A stretch of DNA of 64,000 nt, from IMG/VR virus record IMGVR_UViG_3300042520_001624, positions 7,485-71,484 of that record; one strand, given 5' to 3'. This DNA comes from a virus. Positions 57,252 to 64,000 of the stretch are shown here, one piece after another. The first letter of the stretch is position 1. Each line of letters opens with the position of its first letter. Made by a program: the position numbers and the translations under genes. The notes under the pieces were generated by a model, which saw nothing but the letters and a program-made list of their open reading frames with translations, was not told the DNA's origin and did not search any database.

Positions 57252-58557
57252 CGGACATTCTCGACATGTGGCGAAAGTGGGGGATAGGTCCGAGCACAGT
57301 TCCGGTCCTGCCGTAGTACCGATCCGCGTCGATGTACCAGAGGTATCCGTCGGAAGCTTTCATGTCCGGCTGGGGAGTAGCCGTCAGGAAGAAGTCAGAC
57401 AGTCGGTACTTGTGGACGCTGTCTGCAACGTCCTTGCGTGTCAGCATGGGCATGACTTGTCCCGGGCGTGCTTCCGGACGCTTGGACTGCGTAGCGGTCA
57501 AGACCCAGTTGGGAGCTTCCTCTCGGGCTGCCATGTTGTACAGAGCTGTCCAGACGGTCTTGCCGCGGCCATACTCGGACTCACGATCCTCGCGCTTGGA
57601 GCTAGCGATCAGATCGCCGTAGTCCATAACGCGGTATCGGAATCGGGTATTGTGCTCCTTCTCCTGTCGATCAAACCAAGCAACGACTTCTTTTTCGTTG
57701 ATGGCTTGCTGCTCGAACTTCTCGACAACAACCTTGCCGACTCGTCCGGACTGTCGCAGCTGCTTGTATACCCGCAGAGCTTCCGCACGTAGCTTGGCGT
57801 TGAGCAGGTCGTTAATCGGTATGCCCAGGGTCGCTGCGATGACACGGCGATGGATCTCTTCGCGGGGGAGCTCCATGGAGAGATACGCAACGTCCTCGCC
57901 ATGCATGGAGGCCACAGCAGCTAGCTGACACAGGTATACGGACTTACCAGCTTTGGAATCCATGAGAGTCGTGGTGAGCGTGCCGCAGGGCAGCCCGCCA
58001 CCGAACTCGGAGTCCAGCTCGCAGATACCTGTCGGCATCTGCTCTGCGCGGGTAGAACACTCAAGGAGCAACTCGGAGTCTTCGCCGATCTCCGAGGCTT
58101 TGGTCTCTATGTCTGCTGCGGCAGCACCCAACTGGTCGCAAGCTGCCATGAGGTCGACAAGGTCTCCGAACTTGGAGCCGTTGCCGTAACGCTCTACAGC
58201 TTTGGAGACAAGACCCTGCATCATGTGACGGCGAACTGGCTCGACCAGCTCTGTCACAGTGGCGTCGATGTCAACCTCACCATCTTGAGAAGCCAACGCT
58301 TCTCCGATGTTGAGAACTGTCTGCTCGTCGATCTTGCCTTCTGACATCCAGAGAGAAGCACGCTGGCAAACGAGGTCCTCTGTGGGATTGTTGTGGTCGA
58401 CGGCAACGGCCTTGGCAAGCTTCACCAAAGTCTGGTTGGTTGGGTCGGCTAGCTCGTCGGGAGCTACTTTGTTTCCGATGCGCAGCCAGAACAACTTGTG
58501 GCTTGCGCAGAGGACAGAAACCTGCCGTTCAAACTTGGGATTGAGGTTGTAGCTCAC
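57229..58557 (-). CDS. Replicative DnaB-like helicase
   Basis: PTGICELD...GGLPCG, AGKS, YLSME, DYGDLI, TATQ and VADS motifs. Confidence 0.8.
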   Translation of the reverse strand: MSYNLNPKFERQVSVLCASHKLFWLRIGNKVAPDELADPTNQTLVKLAKAVAVDHNNPTEDLVCQRASLWMSEGKIDEQTVLNIGEALASQDGEVDIDATVTELVEPVRRHMMQGLVSKAVERYGNGSKFGDLVDLMAACDQLGAAAADIETKASEIGEDSELLLECSTRAEQMPTGICELDSEFGGGLPCGTLTTTLMDSKAGKSVYLCQLAAVASMHGEDVAYLSMELPREEIHRRVIAATLGIPINDLLNAKLRAEALRVYKQLRQSGRVGKVVVEKFEQQAINEKEVVAWFDRQEKEHNTRFRYRVMDYGDLIASSKREDRESEYGRGKTVWTALYNMAAREEAPNWVLTATQSKRPEARPGQVMPMLTRKDVADSVHKYRLSDFFLTATPQPDMKASDGYLWYIDADRYYGRTGTVLGPIPHFRHMSRMSDVSYLGK

Positions 58558-59316
58558 GCTTGGGTCCTTGTTGTGAGTCGGAAGGTTGCGCCAGGGGGTC
58601 GAGGAACATCAAACTGTAATTGGCACCTTCGCACGTCGTAGAGTCCTCGGTAGAATTGGAGGTTTCCGCCGATCCGTATAATGCCGATGGCTACGTTGTA
58701 GGTCCTCACGGCAGTCCTACGCAGAGTCGGAAGGTTCTACCAGTGTATTTGTTGTAGGGAGCAAGATGGCCGAGGCTGTAGTGGCACCACGATACACGGT
58801 ACATCGAGTAGCCATTCCGAACATGCAAAGTCACCATTGTATCCTCGTGCACAGTCGGAGTGTCTGGTCGTCGCAGCGCATTGTAGGTCCCCAAGAACAG
58901 GCAGTTTTGTACACCCGTTGAGCGGTGTCTGACCAGTAACAACCGAAACCTATCACTATCCGGGCTTTACGCATAACCGGACTCCGTCAACGCTGTGTCT
59001 ATCTTTTGAGTTGCTTGAGTAGCGGCGGAATCTGCACCACTTCGCGTCTACGAAAGACGACCACTTTACTTGTACGAAAGACATAGTCGCATTCCGTCGA
59101 GGTTGTATCTGACGTATCTATGAGCCCAATCGAAACGCAGATCGCACCTGTGTGCATCTAGGAACTGCGCCCACTTTACTTGTACGAAAGACATAGTCTT
59201 ATCGTGTCTGTGAAGTACCGAAGGTTTGCAAAGTATACGAGCCAGTTTCGTCTATAGAACTGGCCTTTCCAGCAGCTCCAAGAAGTTTGAATCACGTAAG
59301 TGTCGGAGCTCACCAT
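58554..59316 (-). CDS. GxRL microprotein locus 8 (6 ORFs)
   Basis: 59316-59176 (TIRLCLSYK), 59194-59066 (GMRLCLSYK), 59084-58956 (GVRLCVKPG), 58974-58831 (TLRLCTRIQW), 58837-58706 (TFRLCVGLP), 58709-58554 (TFRLTT). Confidence 0.75.
59061..59198. repeat. 28-bp exact direct repeat spanning two microprotein junctions
   Basis: CCACTTTACTTGTACGAAAGACATAGTC at 59061-59088 and 59171-59198. Confidence 0.9.
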
Positions 59317-59894
59317 ACGTACTCTCCGGACTGCACAGCTTTCAGCAGAGACTTGGCTGCTTGTTGATTGGCTTGCTGCGCTGCTTCGAGCTTGAGCAGG
59401 TAGTCTCGCTCGCTTGTCTTTTGCAGGCGGAGTTTTTGCCATTCTGCAATGGCGATTCTGCTTTCGGGAGTGAGCACGGTCCGGGGGACTCCGAGTTGGT
59501 GGAGCCAGGACATAGGCCCTTCCAGCTCTCTCGCCAGCGCATTCGGAGAAAACACAAACCCGAACGGGGGATGCGTCAGCTTTTCCGGGACATCGGAGCC
59601 GAGGAAGGCGTTGTACCGGTGGAGGACCCAAGCAGCCGGGGGGATGTCCAGAGCGTACAGCTGGCCGATGCAGAGCTTGGCGGCAGGACTGATCTGCTTC
59701 GGGGGGCTAGCCCAGTGCCCGCACAGCCGCCGCAGGGCCGTGGTCCAGAGCTTGGTGTAGTACGGGTCTGGCTGGGCTTCTGCGGGGGCTACAGGGGCCA
59801 CAGGGAGCACGGCGGCGTGGAGTAGCTCAGGGGTCGGAAAGGGCGGAAGGTTGTCGATCCGCAGGGTCCTGCTGAAGACTTGCAGAGGTTCCAT
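59310..59894 (-). CDS. Hypothetical protein (replication module)
   Basis: 194-aa ORF between the two helicases. Confidence 0.6.
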   Translation of the reverse strand: MEPLQVFSRTLRIDNLPPFPTPELLHAAVLPVAPVAPAEAQPDPYYTKLWTTALRRLCGHWASPPKQISPAAKLCIGQLYALDIPPAAWVLHRYNAFLGSDVPEKLTHPPFGFVFSPNALARELEGPMSWLHQLGVPRTVLTPESRIAIAEWQKLRLQKTSERDYLLKLEAAQQANQQAAKSLLKAVQSGEYVW

Positions 59895-60521
59895 GTTGGC
59901 TCTCTATGGTGGAGGTGTATGTAACTGCAAGCCGGAAGCCTGAGATGTCTACTTCGGTGTTGACGTCTTTAATGCAGGGGTAGAGGAGAGCGTCACCTTC
60001 CCATTCCCAGTGTGAGTACACGCCGAGGCTCACGTCCAAGAAACGCATAGTCTTACCGAGATGTTTTTGTGGTGGAATTTTGCGTGAAACAAGGTAGAGA
60101 ACTTCTTGCACCACTGATGTGAAAAGTGAGAGTAGACTATTGAATACATAGTCTTACTCCCACAACAAAAGCACGGTACTCAGCTCGTGTTACTTGCTGC
60201 GCGTAATCTAGGTTGGAGCCTGCGTAGGACCAGTGGAGATAAACTACTCTGGATACGAGCAGCATAGTCTGAATCCTCCGATGTCGAGTTTATTGTCGTT
60301 GGAGTGAGCACAGCGTGTGCGCGTAGCATCGCCAGCCCAAAACCAATGCGCGTACACACCTAGTCCGTATTCTATGTACAGCATAGACGAAAAGTCCCTA
60401 CGTAGGTGCTCTCATAGCTATATCGCTCGGGGAGAGTCAGACGAGCGTTCATGCCCCAGTGATATGGGGCATAGTTGGCTATCTTGCGCTTTTCTGGCTC
60501 AACGTTCTGTTTTGACGACAT
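59827..60521 (-). CDS. GxRL microprotein locus 9 (5 ORFs)
   Basis: 60521-60372 (TFRLCCT), 60384-60244 (GFRLCCSY), 60265-60137 (GVRLCIQ), 60149-60030 (SVRLCVSWT), 60048-59827 (GFRLAVTY). Confidence 0.75.
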
Positions 60522-61857
60522 AGCCGAATCTTTCGTAGGCTTGTTTACGTTCTTGGGAATGCTTTTCGAGCCACTGGCAGCCTTTGTGTTGCTGCTTGCC
60601 TTGGCATCCGCATCCCCTGTCTAAAACATCGAAGACGTAGAAGTTGTCTTTTGTAGTACCATCTTTCATGTGTCGGCGGGACCCTCTGCCAACTTTCTGA
60701 ATGATGTCGACAACAGCTTTACCTCCCGATGCTTGTATGACAGTGGCGATCTCGGGAATGTCCACACCCTGTCGGAAGATCGGGGTTGAGACCAGAGTAC
60801 CTACAGTTCCGTTGACGAGTTGCCGAACGGCTCTGTTGGCATCGTTCATTGGTACTTTGTCGTTGACGTGAACTGCGGTAGCGCCAAGCTGTTTCATTAG
60901 AATGGCTTGGTGCTCGTGTGTCCTTACGAAGACAATACGAGGTGCTGGCGTTGTTGCTATCAGCCGGAGAATCAGGTTGTTCCGGACTGTATTCTTGACG
61001 ATAGCGTGCTTCTCCCAAGCAACATACCCCATTGCTGCGGACACGGGAGCATGGTGCATGGGCACCATTGTGAGATTGGCTTTTGCTGTGATGCCATCAG
61101 ACGCTGCCTGTGAAGGCATGTACTTGTCGATGACATCTCCGAAAGCTCCAATGGTATAGATGCTTTTCTTGTCGGAGCGGTGTAGGGGTGTCCCGGAAAA
61201 CCCTATTCGTATCTCTGCGTTTATGCAGGAGAGAACAACTCCGAGGTAGGTATTACCTCCGCTGCCGTGAACCTCATCTCCGAGCACAGCAACGAAAGAC
61301 TCTATCTTGTCTTTCGGGAGTTTGGCAGCACTATTTACTGTCGCAACAATGACAGGTCGCTTGAGCTCTTTGTAGGAGTCTCCGAATCTCCCTGCTGTGA
61401 TCTCTGCAACTTTCTTAATTCTGTCGTACATTTCGTGCATGAGCTTGATGCTCGTGACAAGGACAAGAGTAGGTGCATTGATCTCTGCGACCAGGGCTGC
61501 AATGGTTGTCGCTTTGCCAGTCCCGGTTGCGTGTTGGATGATGCCTTTCCGGCTCTCCCAGATGGCGTCTAGCGCCCGGACTTGGTGCGGCCAGAGACCG
61601 TCCCGGGGGACAGCGAGGGGCGCCACCGATGGCTTACGGGAGGCAACAGCCACCTCCATACCTCGCTCCCGTGCCGCAGCGACCACGCGCGCTGCAAGCC
61701 CAGCCGGGAACATTCGAGTGCTGGAAAGAAGACAGTGGGAGGTGTCTTTGCCTTGTGGGTTGGACGAGTGGAATGTGAGGTACTCACGGAGAAAAGACTC
61801 CTCTTGCGTTGTTGCTTGGATTATCTTGGCGTATGAGTTTCCAACAGCGAGCTGCAT
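60499..61857 (-). CDS. Superfamily 2 helicase (UvsW-like)
   Basis: LWPHQ, ATGTGK, DEVH, SGTP, GVDIP and QKVGRGSR motifs. Confidence 0.9.
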   Translation of the reverse strand: MQLAVGNSYAKIIQATTQEESFLREYLTFHSSNPQGKDTSHCLLSSTRMFPAGLAARVVAAARERGMEVAVASRKPSVAPLAVPRDGLWPHQVRALDAIWESRKGIIQHATGTGKATTIAALVAEINAPTLVLVTSIKLMHEMYDRIKKVAEITAGRFGDSYKELKRPVIVATVNSAAKLPKDKIESFVAVLGDEVHGSGGNTYLGVVLSCINAEIRIGFSGTPLHRSDKKSIYTIGAFGDVIDKYMPSQAASDGITAKANLTMVPMHHAPVSAAMGYVAWEKHAIVKNTVRNNLILRLIATTPAPRIVFVRTHEHQAILMKQLGATAVHVNDKVPMNDANRAVRQLVNGTVGTLVSTPIFRQGVDIPEIATVIQASGGKAVVDIIQKVGRGSRRHMKDGTTKDNFYVFDVLDRGCGCQGKQQHKGCQWLEKHSQERKQAYERFGYVVKTER

Positions 61858-62387
61858 GTCGGAATACTAACACACAGCCGCGTAGACACTACAACTCTGC
61901 GGGTTTCAGAAGCGTAGACAGACATCTCCCACTTGTTCTTGGGATAATCCTTTTCGCACCAAGCAGGGAGAAAAGTGTGCTGGGCTAGCGGTCTGGGACG
62001 GTCATGCATAGTCGAAAGCTCCTGTCTCTGAAGTCGCTCTCAACGTCTCCTCTCCATTTTGCTGGGGAGGTAGACCGAAAACGGCCGAACGAGGGGTAGA
62101 ACGCGGTAACAACTACATGAAACATAGTCTTATCCCCAAGTAAGAGGTTCCGCTAGTTTTCAGGCGGTCTCCAATACCTTGTGTGCCGAGGGACAGCCAA
62201 CTTGATCCGAACAAGAAGTAGTAGGCTACAGAGATGCGCACAGACGTAGTCCTAACCAGAGTTGGTTGAAACCCGCATGTCTGCGTCGAGAGTCTTTTGT
62301 CTTTTCCAAGCTACTAAAAAGCAGACGGTCTTTAGCTTCGTAGTAGGTAACGCCGCAGATGCTGGGATACCTAAGCCGCAGGTACAT
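61821..62387 (-). CDS. GxRL microprotein locus 10 (4 ORFs)
   Basis: 62387-62226 (GLRLCASL), 62241-62113 (FGSSW...GIRLCFM), 62125-61985 (SFRLCMT), 62009-61821 (STRLCVS). Confidence 0.75.
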
Positions 62388-62625
62388 AGGTGTTTGAAGG
62401 TTCATCGAATTTCCACTGTCGCATTAGTTCGTCGTACACGATCTTACCGAGGTGCTTGGCGATGTCCGGGAGGTACACGTACACAACCCCGTTTGCACGG
62501 TGCAACGTATACGTCTTGTCGGATATGCGATTGTAAAGTGTCCGCTTTGAAAAGCGGAACATCTTTACTGCCAAGTCGACGTGGACTAGCTCACGTCCCA
62601 TACCTTTGATACGTGTCTGCTTCAC
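62371..62625 (-). CDS. Small HTH (excisionase-like) DNA-binding protein
   Basis: VDLAVKMFRFSKRTLYNRI helix-turn-helix pattern. Confidence 0.55.
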   Translation of the reverse strand: MKQTRIKGMGRELVHVDLAVKMFRFSKRTLYNRISDKTYTLHRANGVVYVYLPDIAKHLGKIVYDELMRQWKFDEPSNTYVPAA

Positions 62626-63083
62626 GGCTCCTCCTTGTCTGGCTCCGATGCAATGAGCAGGAGCTTCTCTGTTTCGTACTTGGCGAAGAGATTCTTTACG
62701 TACTCTTCTGCCACGCGACTTGCAGCTCTGGCAATCGCAAGATCGACTTGCTCGTTTACTTTGGTTGCAATACGCCGCTGTAGATCTTTATTGTCTTGCA
62801 GCTGTAGTACTTGCAACGTCGTTTCGTACACGATGCGGTCTTCGATAGATTTGTCCAGTGCAGTAAGAGCTGCATTCTTGTTAGGGTTGGGGGTACTGTA
62901 GTTCCCAAAGAGCTTGTTGAGGGCTCGCTCTTGGGCGGACTCCATTACACGCCGGATGGCGTAGTCAGTTTCGTGCTCTCTGGCGGAGAGGCTGCGCTTG
63001 TCGGACAGCCGAGCAGCGACCTGCTTTTCGATGCGAGCAAGCGTGGCCTTTTCCAAGGCTGCTTTGGCATCGGTAAGAGACAT
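62622..63083 (-). CDS. Hypothetical helical protein
   Basis: 153 aa from MSLTDAK. Confidence 0.55.
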   Translation of the reverse strand: MSLTDAKAALEKATLARIEKQVAARLSDKRSLSAREHETDYAIRRVMESAQERALNKLFGNYSTPNPNKNAALTALDKSIEDRIVYETTLQVLQLQDNKDLQRRIATKVNEQVDLAIARAASRVAEEYVKNLFAKYETEKLLLIASEPDKEEP

Positions 63084-63093
63084 AGGAGTCTTT

Positions 63094-63597
63094 CTACTCG
63101 CCACGGGTTTTGTTCTTTCGTGCGGAGGGGGTTTGTCGACGGGGAGGTGCTCGGAAAGCGCGCTGGTATGCTGAGTGTGCGTCTCTCCAGGCATGGTCTT
63201 TGATGTAGCGGTTCATGCTTTCTGTGTAAGACCGAATGTACTCGTTCTTTGCGACTTCAAGAATCTGTGCTTGGTACTCCGGAGTAGACATGTGCTCTTC
63301 GGCCATCTCTTTTGCCTTCTCCAGAGCAGCCTGTGGAACCTCGTGATTCTCAAGAGCACCGCGGTATCTAGAGACAATGTAGTCGTCTCCGATCCGACGA
63401 ACGAACTCTTCTTTGACGAGCTCACGAAGAGCGTCCGGAGTCGCGAGGTACCCGGTCATTACCTCGATCACAGCGTCTCGGGCTTGTTGTTCCAGAAGCT
63501 GAATGACGTCTCGGGCTTCTGTGTTCTTGAAGCCTTCTTTCAGACTTTGCAGAACTTGTGCATAGCTCGGAGGTTTGGAAGGCTTATTCTTTGCCAT
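63094..63597 (-). CDS. Hypothetical helical protein
   Basis: 167-aa ORF. Confidence 0.55.
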   Translation of the reverse strand: MAKNKPSKPPSYAQVLQSLKEGFKNTEARDVIQLLEQQARDAVIEVMTGYLATPDALRELVKEEFVRRIGDDYIVSRYRGALENHEVPQAALEKAKEMAEEHMSTPEYQAQILEVAKNEYIRSYTESMNRYIKDHAWRDAHSAYQRAFRAPPRRQTPSARKNKTRGE

Positions 63598-63870
63598 GAT
63601 CTTGTTTTGTCGAGAGTGTGGTTACGCACAGCCGAATACTGTTGGAGGAGTCGTGACTTGAAGGTTTCTCGGGCACTGTGGTTTTCTTGCTGTTTTGAAA
63701 GTTCAGGTCTTTGGCGAGGGTGTCTTCAAACACACCTCCGATCATTAGGCGCTCTTTGTAGCTGCGCATAGTCTTAGTCCCCTCAGCCGGAAATATGCCC
63801 ACGCCAACCCCAGCCGACTGCGTAGAAGTTTGAGATCAGGGGAGAGGTCGTCGGGAAAGGCGCTAGACAT
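63584..63870 (-). CDS. GxRL microprotein locus 11 (2 ORFs)
   Basis: 63870-63745 (GLRLCAATKSA); 63769-63584 (LMIGGVFED...SIRLCVTT). Confidence 0.7.
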
Positions 63871-64000
63871 TACCAGCACTGCTTTAGTCCGTGGCAATGG
63901 ACATGCTCGCGAAGCCCGCACGCAGAGACATGATCTGGTCTCGGAGGGCGGGGAGCTTGGTGTCGAACAGCGACTCGTACTTCTCTACGACGGTGAGCTG

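Noticed and set aside
53247-62387. Integron cassette array
   Set aside because: No attC-like palindromes between units (the ORFs overlap directly) and no tyrosine recombinase seen.
40971-63870. Complete classical diversity-generating retroelement
   Set aside because: No reverse transcriptase (YxDD), Avd or TR/VR pair differing only at adenines is visible in the window; one could lie outside it.
1-64000. Prophage boundaries or host genes
   Set aside because: No integrase, att site or bacterial housekeeping genes recognised; lifestyle and host cannot be determined from this window.

Overview
A 64 kb segment of an apparently uncharacterised contractile-tailed (myovirus-type) bacteriophage. The left part (1-40164, mostly + strand) is the virion module: portal (5' end lies outside the window), scaffold, major capsid, neck, sheath, tube, a frameshifting tail chaperone, tape measure, baseplate, fibres and lysis genes. 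The right part (40151-64000, - strand) is the replication/recombination module: C5-methyltransferase, ParB-like protein, SbcC/SbcD, tRNA, gp32-like SSB, UDG-fused PolA, primase, DnaB-like and SF2 helicases. Two features stand out. (1) The apparent intergenic gaps of the replication arm hold about 42 hand-translated microprotein ORFs, mostly 39-60 aa, at 11 loci. They are chained by overlapping start/stop signals and share a hydrophobic strand, usually an (S)W-type aromatic motif, a hypervariable loop and a [G/S/T]-[F/L/V/I]-R-L-[C/A/S] C-terminal motif. This resembles a free-standing copy of the CLec/FGE-fold variable region targeted by diversity-generating retroelements, but no reverse transcriptase or full-length scaffold is in the window. 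(2) Nine proteins in the head module share an N-terminal tag of about 25 aa (RAGLKKVxKxVRGKRGxVRRxYWVK) fused to unrelated cargo, suggesting a capsid-loading or ejection address. All functional calls come from motif recognition and gene order by eye; no searches were run.
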